Of a stretch of DNA of 64,000 nt, positions 49,701 through 59,585 are shown in pieces. Numbering within the stretch: the stretch's first letter is position 1; every line of letters begins with the position of its first letter. Under the pieces are notes generated by a model. The model searched no databases and was not told the origin of the DNA. It saw only the letters and a program-made list of their open reading frames with translations. The stretch lies in NCBI RefSeq assembly GCF_000002075.1, contig NW_004797289.1, forward strand, positions 1,426,613-1,490,612. The letters are read 5' to 3'. The DNA comes from Aplysia californica. Taxonomy: Eukaryota. The translations under genes were made by a program, and so were the position numbers.

Positions 49701-50309
49701 TCTAATAAAACATGATACCATCTATGCAGAGCACTGTACATTTACAGCTGGGAGGAACTGAGGAAAAATAAGTTGTACGTTTCCTTAAAGGCCAAGAATA
49801 CAACATGACTGTCCTGTGGAGATGAGAAGCCAACATATTTACCGCAGGTTCAATGCTTACTTTAACTACGCTTGACAAGGACACAAGTATCAGAGACAGA
49901 TGAAAGTGAAGGAGAATAGTAGAAGTTTCTGAAACTGCAGTACCAAATGGAGACCACCCCCTCAGAATGATGTATGTCCGCCGTCTCACATCCAGATGTA
50001 GATGCCCAGTTGGGATAAGGGAACATCCTGAGCAAAGGCTTACAAGTCTAAAGAGGTTTTAAAAGTTGCACCACACTCAGCTCGGAACTGAACCCATGAC
50101 TTAAACCTGCGCACAGCAATGAACAAGATCAAGTCAAAAACAAAAAACATAAAACCACTGCTGACCTCCACTTAAAGCACCATGATCATTTCAAATATTC
50201 TCCTCACCTGATGATCCTGTGGTTGAGAGCTGGATGGTTCACTGTTCAATTCCTCCACATTTGCAAGACAGGCCTTCAAAGCTTCACTCCACTCTTTGTC
50301 AACAGACAT
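11137..50309 (-). CDS. SENP6/7: Sentrin/SUMO-specific protease, SENP6/SENP7 subfamily (peptidase C48), about 2113 aa, 25 coding exons
   Basis: Hand-spliced join (minus): 50208-50309, 48071-49329, 43943-45670, 42398-42576, 40121-40238, 38892-38978, 36795-36850, 35320-35399, 33802-34171, 31964-32122, 30282-30457, 28481-28703, 27128-27313, 26416-26644, 24923-25060, 24289-24402, 22482-22610, 22013-22105, 20521-20638, 19968-20018, 18339-18415, 17345-17413, 16723-16870, 14629-14754, 11137-11463. All introns are GT-AG with matching phases; total 6342 nt. Catalytic motifs: [30 protein letters not shown] (His), ILMFDSL (Asp), [16 protein letters not shown] (Gln/Cys). Loop-1 YPFPPARG, the insertion between His and Asp, and the RSVRIGS motif point to SENP6/7. 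Confidence 0.93.
12811..14566. mobile_element. Putative TIR element with CATAGAC termini (spans an N gap; extra left-end copy at about 12238)
   Basis: CATAGACCTGCATGT...ATTGTCTGAAA at 12811 and its inverted match ending at 14566; no TSD seen. Confidence 0.5.
14629..14754 (-). CDS. SENP6/7: SENP6/7 exon 24
   Basis: [36 protein letters not shown]. Confidence 0.93.
15421..16683 (+). mobile_element. MITE family A copy with extra internal sequence
   Basis: Shares the termini and the GGTTTCAGAGGTAAAATT...GAAAATGGC block with the other copies. Confidence 0.6.
16723..16870 (-). CDS. SENP6/7: SENP6/7 exon 23 (oxyanion Gln, catalytic Cys)
   Basis: YLQCEW...[25 protein letters not shown]. Confidence 0.96.
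17345..17413 (-). CDS. SENP6/7: SENP6/7 exon 22 (catalytic Asp)
   Basis: [22 protein letters not shown]. Confidence 0.95.
17752..17915 (-). repeat. Short retro-repeat family D (LINE-like 3' tail); other copies at about 14783-14955, 30478-30660, 46555-46712 (minus) and 16965-17145 (plus)
   Basis: Shared TGTGTTGCAAGTGCCGTAAAACTCTTA-(TAAAAC)n end. Confidence 0.7.
18339..18415 (-). CDS. SENP6/7: SENP6/7 exon 21 (loop insertion)
   Basis: [25 protein letters not shown]; supplies the required 0-to-2 phase change. Confidence 0.85.
18751..19326 (-). mobile_element. Second copy of the Tc1-like deletion derivative
   Basis: Same TIRs and near-identical structure; [42 protein letters not shown]. Confidence 0.88.
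19480..19815 (-). mobile_element. RTE LINE 3' fragment
   Basis: Frameshifted remnants of the WYGH...ILQG...R-GRQ segment typical of RTE C-termini. Confidence 0.55.
19968..20018 (-). CDS. SENP6/7: SENP6/7 exon 20 (loop insertion)
   Basis: CCACAG|GGG...AAG|GTAAGG; [17 protein letters not shown]. Confidence 0.78.
20521..20638 (-). CDS. SENP6/7: SENP6/7 exon 19 (catalytic His)
   Basis: [13 protein letters not shown]. Confidence 0.95.
20689..21126 (-). mobile_element. MITE family A, compact copy
   Basis: Homologous to 15421-16683, 23462-24030 and the split copy at 52433-62684; superfamily unresolved. Confidence 0.7.
22013..22105 (-). CDS. SENP6/7: SENP6/7 exon 18
   Basis: [30 protein letters not shown]. 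Confidence 0.95.
22482..22610 (-). CDS. SENP6/7: SENP6/7 exon 17
   Basis: [30 protein letters not shown]. Confidence 0.95.
22724..22796 (-). pseudogene. 28S rRNA fragment (73 nt)
   Basis: Minus strand reads ATCTAGTAGCTGGTTCCCTCCGAAGTTTCCCTCAGGATAGCTGGCGCTCG...CAGTTTTATCCGGTAAAGC, a conserved eukaryotic LSU core segment. Confidence 0.9.
23462..24030 (+). mobile_element. MITE family A copy containing an RTE 3' fragment (about 23750-23908)
   Basis: Family A termini; internal [20 protein letters not shown] plus a (TGA)n tail. Confidence 0.6.
24289..24402 (-). CDS. SENP6/7: SENP6/7 exon 16 (start of catalytic domain)
   Basis: [37 protein letters not shown]. Confidence 0.95.
24923..25060 (-). 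CDS. SENP6/7: SENP6/7 exon 15
   Basis: [10 protein letters not shown]...QLFDVPSV; canonical sites. Confidence 0.85.
25638..26163 (+). mobile_element. SINE family S1 copy
   Basis: Colinear with 1252-1770; TSD ACTTATACTAT. Confidence 0.88.
26416..26644 (-). CDS. SENP6/7: SENP6/7 exon 14
   Basis: [15 protein letters not shown]...VVKFKK; canonical sites. Confidence 0.87.
27128..27313 (-). CDS. SENP6/7: SENP6/7 exon 13
   Basis: [24 protein letters not shown]...EYFDPSST; canonical sites. Confidence 0.87.
28481..28703 (-). CDS. SENP6/7: SENP6/7 exon 12 (start of PH-like domain, IRSVRIGS)
   Basis: Canonical splice sites; motif shared with SENP6/7. Confidence 0.88.
29055..30184 (+). mobile_element. 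5'-truncated RTE/RTEX LINE fragment interrupted by a SINE
   Basis: [14 protein letters not shown]|[22 protein letters not shown]; (AAGT)n-like tail. Confidence 0.88.
29237..29583 (-). mobile_element. SINE family S2 copy inserted in the RTE fragment
   Basis: Reverse complement of 50673-51019; AAGTA duplicated at 29232-29236 and 29587-29591. Confidence 0.85.
30282..30457 (-). CDS. SENP6/7: SENP6/7 exon 11 (SIM-like [11 protein letters not shown])
   Basis: Canonical splice sites; phase 1/0. Confidence 0.85.
30805..31652. mobile_element. piggyBac-like MITE
   Basis: TTAA-CCCTCGTCCTG ... CAGGACAAGAG-TTAA. Confidence 0.72.
31964..32122 (-). CDS. SENP6/7: SENP6/7 exon 10 (AT-hook-like and NLS-like)
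   Basis: [21 protein letters not shown]; CTGCAG| acceptor, G|GTGAG donor. Confidence 0.85.
32342..33466. mobile_element. hAT-like MITE with 6-bp TSD
   Basis: TIR CAGACCTGCCACTC / GAGTGGCAGGTCTG; CTACAC on both sides; subterminal AAAATCGGG repeats. Confidence 0.85.
33802..34171 (-). CDS. SENP6/7: SENP6/7 exon 9 (C4 zinc-ribbon-like motif plus RGG box)
   Basis: [18 protein letters not shown] and [18 protein letters not shown]; canonical splice sites. Confidence 0.85.
35320..35399 (-). CDS. SENP6/7: SENP6/7 exon 8
   Basis: TTGCAG|GT acceptor, GAA|GTGAGT donor; [26 protein letters not shown]. Confidence 0.75.
35445..36035 (-). mobile_element. Old RTE LINE 3' fragment
   Basis: Similar to 3400-3900 (GTCCAGCATTC...AGAAGGGTTGACCA). 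Confidence 0.6.
36795..36850 (-). CDS. SENP6/7: SENP6/7 exon 7
   Basis: TCCAG|A acceptor, AAG|GTGCGT donor; [18 protein letters not shown]; needed for phase. Confidence 0.72.
37645..38330. mobile_element. Kolobok-like MITE (degenerate)
   Basis: TTAA-CGGGAGGAGCTACCCTT ... AAGGGTCCCTCCTCCC-CTAA. Confidence 0.5.
38892..38978 (-). CDS. SENP6/7: SENP6/7 exon 6
   Basis: TTTAG|G acceptor, AG|GTGCGT donor; [28 protein letters not shown]; symmetric phase 2/2, so it could be alternative. Confidence 0.65.
40121..40238 (-). CDS. SENP6/7: SENP6/7 exon 5
   Basis: Pyrimidine tract plus CCAG|CA acceptor, AG|GTACG donor; [38 protein letters not shown]. Confidence 0.72.
40469..41187. mobile_element. Kolobok-like TTAA-flanked MITE inserted in an AT-rich minisatellite
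   Basis: TTAA-GGGGGAG...GGCTACACC / GGTGTAGCC...CTCCCC-TTAA; flanks are decayed units of roughly 30 bp (AACAAATAAACTTATTACA...). Confidence 0.75.
41818..42312 (-). mobile_element. SINE family S1 copy (head truncated)
   Basis: Reverse-complement homology to 1252-1770. Confidence 0.82.
42398..42576 (-). CDS. SENP6/7: SENP6/7 exon 4
   Basis: TTTTAG|C acceptor, G|GTCAGT donor; [59 protein letters not shown]. Confidence 0.8.
43943..45670 (-). CDS. SENP6/7: SENP6/7 exon 3 (Q/P/S/G-rich low complexity)
   Basis: Overlaps the 572-aa ORF; CACAG|G acceptor, AA|GTAAGT donor; phase 2/2. Confidence 0.88.
46990..47700. mobile_element. pogo/Tigger-like MITE
   Basis: TIR CAGTATAATCCAGTTATATCGACAT / ATGTCGATATAAGCGGATTATACTG-TA; subterminal TATCGAC repeats. 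Confidence 0.8.
48071..49329 (-). CDS. SENP6/7: SENP6/7 exon 2 (Q/P/G-rich, then D/E/Y acidic tract)
   Basis: Within the 432-aa ORF; CCCAG|GCT acceptor, GA|GTAAGT donor. Confidence 0.88.
50208..50309 (-). CDS. SENP6/7: SENP6/7 coding exon 1 ([34 protein letters not shown])
   Basis: ATG with A at -3 and an in-frame upstream TGA; acceptor TTTCAG just upstream of 50342; donor CAG|GTGAG; phase 0 matches the next exon. Confidence 0.75.
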
Positions 50310-50672
50310 GATTTCACACTTTCACTTAGCATAAACTTTGCTCTGAAATAAGTAAACAAACAGAGAAATGAAAAGTTATTTTCAAAAACACTTTTGAAAG
50401 TTTCTAAAACACTGACTCTGGGAACACTTCCCACCCAGAGCCAAAACAAAACTTGAGAGTGAGTCTGAAATTAAAAATATAACGATTTACACAGTCGAAC
50501 TCGTCCAAGCCAGAATCGTAATGGTCAGGGGAAATAATTTCATCTTGGCCAGCCTGGCCACTTTAGCGTCAAATCAGGGCTGAGTGGGCAAAACATTTTC
50601 TTGCAAAGCCAGATCATGTTTTTTTCTAAATCATTTTTTTACAGTGAAGATTGGTTTATGTGATAGACATAT

Positions 50673-51019
50673 GGTGTCGGTGGCCTAGTGGTTAGGCTCT
50701 CGGACTCGCAACAGTAAGGTCGTGGGTTCGAATCCTGTCAGGGGCCCGATGTTGTGTCCTTGGGAAAGGCACTTTACACGAATTTTCCTCACTTCACTCA
50801 GGTGGGAATGGGTACCAGGCTATAGACAGCGAAAGATCTTGTCAGTTTGTTAGTGTTTGAGCGCTTAATCAGCTGCTTGCACTGTATGCTTCCCGGGTCG
50901 CTGAGAATGGTTCAGAGTGTTCTATGGTCTGCTGGGGTAATAATATAGTGTAAAGCGCATAGAGCCTGCTGTTGAGCGGGGAAATGCGCTACACAAATGC
51001 TAATTATTATTATTATTAT
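50673..51019 (+). mobile_element. tRNA-derived CORE-type SINE with L2-like (TAT)n tail (family S2)
   Basis: A/B boxes; TGTGTCCTTGGGAAAGGCACTT...AATGGGTACC core; GCGCTACACAAAT-(TAT)n end. Confidence 0.85.
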
Positions 51020-52670
51020 AGACACAGATGTGCAGATTGCAATATTTTTTAAACTTTGAAAATCAGTTAATAAATAACTTTCCTGTCTTAAGGCCACATT
51101 TTAATTTTACTTATTTTTTCTCCTTTTCTCAAAGTATTCCATTCAAGGATTAAAAATGTTCAGTTCTGGAAATCATTATCAGTTACATAATCACCCCTGA
51201 GCCCCCTTCGTTCATGGGATTTTCACGACACAGGGGCATTGAAAGGGTTAATATATATGTTCACATACATAGAATAATGAGATTTATATCGGCAGAGGGC
51301 ATTACGTATGGACTGGATTCTATGATATTTTAGTCCTTTTCAAGTCATACACTTTGGACTAGTCATTCAAGCATAGTCACAGGGTAAATCGATCGCTGGA
51401 TGCCCCATGATTTGTGTACACAACCAGCCAGCTGTAACGCCTCACGTTTTGGTGGGTCTTATCAGCTCATTGCTTTGTTTCATTATCAGAAGGTTGAAGT
51501 TTGAAATCCATAATGGGTCTTTCCGCAAAAATGCATTATTTAAAAGCCGAACCACCAAGTTAGCCAGTGAGCGCCCAGGCACCCCCACTCCCCCCATGCA
51601 CACTGCAACATTATAATATAACATAACGATAACAGATTGCTTTGGCAACAGATTCTTCACACTTTAATACTTTCTCAAGATAATTATCGTAAGCCTACTA
51701 AATTTGCTCACTGAACAGAATATTCACGATTTTGGTTTATTATATTTTACCTTATTTGCTATGTTATACAGTGGAACTCGGATTCAACGAGAACTCGGAT
51801 TCAACGAAAAGAGATGGATTCCCTGTTTTTCTTCTTCTTTAAAATCAATAAAAATAACCCGGATTCAAAGAACACTTAAATCAGCAAGCTAGGATTCAAC
51901 TAGGTTGCTTCCAGGGTGAACAGTCCCCTCAGACGTGGCTTCGCTCATTTTTCTCTCACAACGAACGTTATCTATTCCCGGAAACCATCCATTGCACCTG
52001 CATAGTGAACCATTATTCACTTAGCCAATTGCATGCGACCAATCAGCAGCCTTCTTTTCATACCAACACATGCGTTGTTGGAACGCGCACGCGTCTACTC
52101 TAGCGTGCGACTGGGTCGGATGGGGGGCCTGCATTAATGCGAGTACCGCACATTATGGGTATTTTTTTTTTGAGAATGACGTGAGGCTCTCTTTCTTTTT
52201 GGACCAATGCATCTTCTTTCATTTTGCTCAAAATTGCTGTGACCAGGAAAAAGCGCGATCGGCTTTTGAGGGTGCTGAAAACCAATCTCTATCAGAAATG
52301 ACCCTAGGGGGGGCAGGGCTGAAGCTCCACAGGAGTGTCTGTGTCTGAATAGTCACACCCTTCAGTTTGTCCTCCTTTCTGATTGCTCACTTACACCAGG
52401 TTTCAAGACATTCAAGACTCTTCATCACCATATATGTGTCACGATGCGATGGAATCAGGCGCTCGTCAATTTGGGGGCATGTGGAGTTATTAGTGTATCA
52501 TCTGAAAGCGTATTCATTTGCCTAGCTTTCGATGAAAAAATACCCATCTTGAATAGAAGCCGAGATACAAGACTTGCGACTGAAAAAGTTTTGTGTCGCC
52601 TGGTTTCAGAGGTAAATTTGAGAGAAAATGGCCACCAAAGTTTGGTAACTTCCATAGTTTTAGAGTTCTT

Positions 52671-52969
52671 TGTTGTAAAGTAGAGTAATCATAAGGTAAC
52701 ATTATAAGTACCCACTTTCAGTATTCCATAACGAGTACTGTAATGGTCAGTATATCGGTATCGTTGAGAGCAAGAAAAGAGTAACACACTCACACACACA
52801 CATACACAGAAGAACAACAAAGATGTCTAACTTACGACAGCACAAGCCACAGTCATGTAAAGTTTAAGTCTTATATTAAACTCTGGAACACAACCCGAGA
52901 CGTTGTTTCATTTATTAATTTTTAATGTTGTTGGTGTTCTTGGACTGTTCACAAGTAGAATACACAACA
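52671..52969 (+). repeat. 5' LTR (299 bp)
   Basis: Direct repeat of 59677-59994; by manual alignment they differ by 6 substitutions and 3 short indels. Confidence 0.95.
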
Positions 52970-52972
52970 AAT

Positions 52973-52982
52973 TGGCGACGAG
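52973..52982 (+). promoter_or_regulatory. Primer binding site TGGCGACGAG (complementary to the tRNA-Ser(GCT) 3' end)
   Basis: Lies 3 nt after the 5' LTR; animal tRNA-Ser(GCT) ends ...CTCGTCGCCA. Confidence 0.8.
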
Positions 52983-53207
52983 AACTGCGAGATTGACGAC
53001 GGCGTAAGTTGAAGCTTCATTACTTCAGTTCTTCGCAAACTCGATCATCGCTCACCTACACGTGGCCCCAACGCCCCCAGTTCAACCTGTTCTACTGTGG
53101 TGTGAGTACGACACACTACGTCAGCCGAAGACAGGATTTGACTGCTTGGACTGCTATCTACGCACGCTGCGCATTTCGCCCAGAAATCGTACTCGCTGTT
53201 GAAAGTC

Positions 53208-54113
53208 ATGGCGACTCTCGGGAGAATCGAAGAATTCGATCCAGAGAACAACGATCTCGAATCATACACTGAAAGACTAGAACAATATTTCGTGGCAAAT
53301 GATGTTATAGAAGGCAAAAAGACAGCAGTTTGATTGGAGGGAAGACTTACGAGGTATTAAAAAGCCTAATTTCCCCAGCAAAGCCTGCTGAGAAGACTTA
53401 CTCTGAACTAAAAGAAGCACTACTCAAACACTATAAACCCAAACCACTTGTCAAATGAGAGATTTAACTTCTATAAAGCATCCCAAAGGGAAAATGAAAG
53501 CATTTCTCAATATCTGGCAAATCTAAGAAGGCTCTCACAGCACTGTCAATTTGAAAATTTTTTAGAAGACAGTCCTAGGGATGAATTTGTGTGTGGACTC
53601 AGAAGTGTGCATATACAGCAGCGGTTACAGCAAGTTGAGAAGCTAACTTTGCAAAAAGCTGTGGAAATGGCACAAACAATGGAGAGTGCTGAACGTAATG
53701 CCTCACAATTAAATGAACAATTTGAAAGCAAAGTTCACATTGTGAAGAAAAGTCAAGCAAAAGGAGCAATAGCCAACCAAAAAGGAGCCAAAATAAGCCA
53801 AAGAGGAGCCAAAGTCCAAGAAGTGGCTAAATATAAGCAAAAGAGCTACAGATGCGGTTATGATAACCACATAGCTCAGAACTGTAAATACAAGGATTAC
53901 ACTTGCAATATCTGTAACAAGAAAGGTCATCTGGCCAAAGCTTGCAGAAACAAAGCAGGAAACAGAAGCCAAGAGACAAAAATGGTAGTGGAAGAAGAAC
54001 AAGAATTCATTTTCACCACTGAAAGCAAAGACTCAAAAACTAATGCATTTCAAACAGAAATAATGATAAATGAAAGAGGGTCCAAATGGAAATTGACACA
54101 GGCTCAGGTGTAA
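53208..54113 (+). pseudogene. gag: gag (frameshifted)
   Basis: MATLGRIEEFDPENNDLESYTERLEQYFVAND; ERFNFYKASQRENESISQYLANLRRL; CNICNKKGHLAKAC; the first knuckle has lost its first Cys. Confidence 0.88.
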
Positions 54114-54442
54114 CCATCATGCCAGAAACAACATTCAAAGAAAAATTTCCTGACATGAAACTCAAGCCCAGTGCACAGATTTTGAAGACCTTTAGTGGAA
54201 CAGTCATTACCCTTGCAGGTGAAGTGATGGTGACAGTGAAATGTGCCACAGGCAAAAATGTGAATCTAAGACTGCTGGTAGCAAAAGTACCACACCATAC
54301 AACAATTCTTGGAAGAGACTGGATTGAACGAAAAGTTAAAAATTAGATGGGCAAACGTGTTCTCAACAACAAACAGCCTTGACTCGGTGTTGAAGAAACA
54401 TAAAAATCTGTTCTTGCCAGGACTAGGAGAGCTGAAGGGTAC

Positions 54443-55949
54443 CCAAGACTGAATAAGACAAGACGAGGCAACTCTTCTTTACGTCATGTGACAAGCGCAG
54501 GCGCCTCCCACTTTGCCAGCTGCGCGTATAACTCGCTGGGCTGGCGATAGTTTACATTGGTTACAATGCAAGGCTACTGTGATCATCTCTGGCGGTATGT
54601 CTAGCCAAGACCTCTAAAATNNNNNNNNNNNNNNNNNNNNNNNNNNNNNNNNNNNNNNNNNNNNNNNNNNNNNNNNNNNNNNNNNNNNNNNNNNNNNNNN
54701 NNNNNNNNNNNNNNNNNNNNNNNNNNNNNNNNNNNNNNNNNNNNNNNNNNNNNNNNNNNNNNNNNNNNNNNNNNNNNNNNNNNNNNNNNNNNNNNNNNNN
54801 NNNNNNNNNNNNNNNNNNNNNNNNNNNNGCCTATCTAGATCTAGAGAGTCTAGATTTTGTTGTGCACCCAGCCAAGAGTGTGCAGTTCAGAAAGTAGATC
54901 TAGAAATCTAGATCTAGGCCCTTAAGTGGTTGGCGAATGACCGAAGGGCGACTCTTGACTAGCGGTATGTCTGAGAATTGGCGGAGACACTCTAGATCTA
55001 TATCATGGAACTTGATTCATACTATCATATCAACAGTATATAGATCTACTTGAGCTTCTGTGCTTGTTTCAATGGTTTCTTTTTCGGTGCACCTGTACAA
55101 TTGTGGTCCCGTTTAATGTTTACATGACGGCCATTATTGTCATGTGGGAGTGAATCTAGATCTAGACTTAGATCTAGATCTAGATCTAGATCTAGATATC
55201 TCTAGATTCTATCTAGATCTAGATAGCAAAGATAATCTATTTCTAGATCTAGATAGCTAGATCGATCTAGATCTAGATCTAGATTCTAGATATCTATAAT
55301 CTAGGCCTAAATCTAAATAAGAAACATGTAAAAATTACCACAGGGGCACTTAGGCCTTGAGTGATTAAGTGCAAACGGGACCGCTATTTTACAGGAATGC
55401 CATTGTTTCCTAGCTTCAGTTCATGATCATTGATTCTGACATTGGGGAACAGCTCGCTGTGTAGTTAATCTAGATCTAGATCTAGATCTAGTCAACAGTT
55501 AGACTGCTGGACTCTAGCAGTGGCCGTATCTTTAGTTTAAAAAATATCCAATCTATTGTATATTCTGTTGGACAACAGTTCATTGCAGAGCACCACTGGC
55601 TGTTCTGTCGTTTTTAAACTGTAAGATCTAATCTACTTCTACGTTTCGTAAACTCCTAGATCTACATCATCATGTCACTGAACATGTCCAGCCCACTACC
55701 GCTTTCCGTTCATAAAAACCTTAAATTTCTCAATTCACTATATTCAAAATGTGAACAAAAACCTGTCAAGATAGATACCAAACAGTTTATATGAAAAAAA
55801 ACCAAGGCCAAACTGCCACTATGAAATTCAAAGAAGGCAGCTATTTCAGCGAGTTGAACAGTGTGCTCTTTCTTCCTATCTGGTTACCAAGGGGAGCCAG
55901 TTGGAATGAAAATGAGGCTGTTGTCCCGTCTTGTCTTATTCCGTCTTGG
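54443..55949. mobile_element. Non-autonomous TIR transposon with 7-bp TSD (P-superfamily-like, tentative), inserted in pol
   Basis: TIR CCAAGACTGAATAAGACAAGACG / CGTCTTGTCTTATTCCGTCTTGG; TSD AGGGTAC; removing it restores pol ELKGTKAKIQL. Confidence 0.88.
55155..55300. repeat. (TCTAGA)n palindromic hexamer array
   Basis: Directly visible; further patches at 54830-55050, 55468-55492 and 12500-12745. Confidence 0.9.
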
Positions 55950-58900
55950 AGGGTACTAAGGCAAAGATACAATTGCAAGAAAATGCCCAACCAAAATTCT
56001 TCAAGCCAAGACCAGTGCCATATGCACTGAAGCCGAAGGTGGCGGAAGAACTTAAAAGCCTGGAAGAAAAAAGGATCATCACCAAAGTCACACACAGTGA
56101 GTGGGCAGCTCCAATCGTGGTGGTTCCCAAACCGAATGGGAAATTGAGACTACGTGGTGATTTTAAAGTCACAGTAAATCCAGCCATGAAAGTAGACCAG
56201 TACCCACTTCCAACAGTTCAAGACATATTTGCAAATTTGTCCAAGGGTCAAAAGTTCACAAAACTAGACATGACTCAGGCATACCATCAAATGTCTATGG
56301 ATGAGGCCAGCAAACAATATGTAACAATTAATACTCACGTCTGACTTTTTCAGTACAACTGACTTCCGTATGGAATTGCCTCAGGACCTGCTCTTTTCCA
56401 AAAGCACATGGAAGAAATGCTAGCAGGAATTGAAGGTGTACAAGTCTTCATTGATGACATTCAAATCACAGGGTCAAATGAACAGGAACATATGGAAACA
56501 GTGGATAAGGTTCTGCAGAGGTTGGAAGAAAATGGAGTCAGATTGAACAAAGAAAAGTGCAGTTTTCTTCAGGATAGCATTGACTACCTAGGACATCATA
56601 TCGATGAGAAAGGTCTGCATCCTCAAGAAGACAAAATCAAAGCCATGCAGGAAGCACTGAGACCAGAAAATGTGAAAGAACTTCGCAGTTTTCTTGGAGG
56701 AGTTCAGTACTATGGGAAATTTTTACCTAATCTATCAGCAACTCTAAAACCGCAGAATGAATTGCTTCACAAAGACAAAGAATGGAAATGGTCTGATGCA
56801 TGTGAAAAGTCATTTCGCAAAGTAAAGGAACTGCTCAGTTCAAGGACAGTGCTAGTACACTACGACCCGCAGTTACCATTAATCCTAGCAACTGATGCCA
56901 GTATTAAGGGACTAGGAGCAGTGATTTCCCACAAAATGCCAAGTGGAGAAGAAAGGCCTATTAGATCGCCTTCGCTTTGCGGACTCTCACAAAGGCAGAA
57001 ACAAATTATGCCCAGATAGAAAAGGAGACACTAGGAATCATGTTTGGAATCCGCAAGTTTCACCAATACCTCTACGGAAGATCCTTCACGCTGATCACTG
57101 ATCATAAGCCTCTTCTTAAGATTTTTGGACCAAAGACAAACCTACCAGCGATGGCTGCTGCCAGAATCCAAAGATGGTCATTGGAACTCACCAGTTACCA
57201 GTATGAAATCCAGTACAGAAGAAGTGAAGATCACTGCAATGCAGACATGCTGTCAAGACTGCCACAAAAGGGAACAGAGTCAGAGAAGGAAAGGGATAAA
57301 TTAGTCTATTTTTCTTACATCAATGACATGCCTATCTGATCTCTGCAGCTGACATTGCAGAAGAAACAAGAAAAGATGCTGTATTGTCAAAGGTGCTGCA
57401 ATATACACTGACTGGATGGCCAAATTGCTCAGAGGATGACAATGTCAAGCCATTCTTTCAAAGAAGGGAGGAGATTACCACAGAGGCAGGAGTTCTTCAG
57501 TGGGGCCTGAGAGTGATCATACCTCAGAAGTATAGAAACAGAATACTATATGAACTACATGAAGGATATCTCGGAATGAACAAAACCAAAGCAATGGCTC
57601 GTTCATATGTATATTGGCCAAAGATAGATCTAGACATTGAGAAAATGGTCAAGGACTGTCACAGATGTGCAGAAGGGAAGAACATGCCAGCAGCCGCTCC
57701 AGTATTTGCATGGACGTTTCCGTCAAACCCATGGGAACGGATTTATGTAGATTTTTGGGAGTACGAAGGTCAGAAATATCTCGTGCTGATCGATGCTTAC
57801 TCAAAATGGCCTGAAGTAATACCTATGACAACAACGACAGCACAGAGAACAAATGATGTGCTCAAACAGATCTTTGCAATTCATGGATTGCCTGTCACAC
57901 TTGTCAGTGATAATGGCCCACCATTTAGGTCAAGTGAATTTGAAGAATTTCTTCAGAAAAATGGTGTACAGAACATAACATCACAGCCTTACATGCCCTC
58001 AACAAACGGATCTGCTAAGAGACTTGTTCAGTCATTTAAGAGACTTATGAAATCATCGAGCCCAGGACAAAGTGGACCGCAAAGATTGTCCAAAATCCTG
58101 TTACAACTCCGAACAACGCCTCACATGATGACTGGCAAAAGTCCAGCAGAACTCTTATTCAAAAGGAAGATAAGAATCCGGTTGGACCTGATGAAGCCTG
58201 ATCTCGTATCTAAGATGCGTCACAAGCAAGAAGCTCAGGCACAAGGAAAAATCCTCCGTGAATTTCAGCCTGGTGACACTGTCAAAGTCAGAAACTACCG
58301 GCCAGGTGTAAACAGATGGACAAACGGAGTGATCTTACAAAGACTGGAAACCCACAGTTACTCTGTTCGTGTAGGTGGAACGGTGCGACACTGTCATATC
58401 AACCAGCTGCAGTCTGCTCCAGACTCAACTGCAGATATCAACGAATTACCGCCTCCACTACCTACCGTCCCAATGTTACCAATGGGTCAGGATGAGGAAC
58501 CAACGGTACCACCATCAAGTGTTAACCCTGACACAAACCAAGACGCCACTCAAGGACAAGCGTCACCACAACGATCACCACCAAGACGTTACCCAAAACG
58601 TGTCAGAAGACCAGTTCAAAGAATGGACTTATAACTCTACTCAAGTGAATGGACTGTCATAATCATAAACGTTCTCAGTGAAAAAATGGACATTTTAACT
58701 ACATAAAAGTGAATGGACTGTTTTAAGGATAAACATTTTCAGTGAATTAATTTCAGATGTGCTATTTAGTATTAGTGACATGAAACAAATCATACCAAGG
58801 GACTTACCTCTGAAGTGATAATTTTGTTACAAGTTATAAGGGATTAATTTCCTTGCATCATAATGTGCACATAATAATATTACCTTACCATTGTTGTCAG

Positions 58901-59000
58901 TGAAACAAAGTAAAGCCTATCACAGATCTTAAGAAGTCAGTTGTAATAGAATTCAAATGAAAAGTTTCGATCAAGTTTGTTACAGAACTAGTAAAGCTAG

Positions 59001-59585
59001 TAGGGCTGGGTCACGAGCGCGAGAACGGAACTGAATCGTCACTCTTTCCTGCGGAACGCGATTCACGATTCACTTCAGCGGAACGCGGAACAGTATCGCC
59101 AAACGATTCCCGATTCACTCCCCTGTCGCTGTCACCACCTTGTGGCTTGTTTAACTTACTGCTGAGTCGAGTCACGAGCGCAAGAACGGAACGGAACACT
59201 TAGTATGGCTCCCCTTATTTTACAAAAGATGGTATAGTCCAACCCCCCTATTAAAACAAAATGAACGGGGTCCAACCAATAGACAGAAGGAATTTTATGG
59301 AGCCATTGTTTTAGCGAATGGTGGGGTTGGGGGGGGGGGAATTTATGGGGGTCACTAATTGAGGTCAGTTGATAGAGCAGTGCAACAAAGGGTGTGGGGC
59401 GGAGAGGATGGCGGAACAACTGTAAAAGTGGGACCCGCGCTCGCCAAGAGGCGTTGATATGACATTGTTCAGTTTCAGTCAGTGTTCCGCCACTGCTCCA
59501 CGAGCGCTCGCGTACTCGCGATTCATTGAAGCCCACTGAATCGCGAATCGCCACTCTCAAATTTGACGAGCAGGATCCAGCCCTA
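59001..59585. mobile_element. hAT-type MITE in the Gypsy 3' untranslated region
   Basis: TIR TAGGGCTGG / CCAGCCCTA; 8-bp TSD AAAGCTAG / AAGGCTAG; subterminal GAACGG and GAATCG repeats. Confidence 0.85.

Larger units (their letters stand above)
54086..58634 (+). pseudogene. pol: pol (aspartic protease, RT, RNase H, integrase), disrupted by stops, frameshifts and a MITE
   Basis: IDTGSG protease; KLDMTQAYHQ and VFIDDI RT; TDAS, EKE, TDHKPL RNase H; integrase CHRC, YVDF, SDNG with the catalytic E apparently replaced (GSAKRL). Confidence 0.93.
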
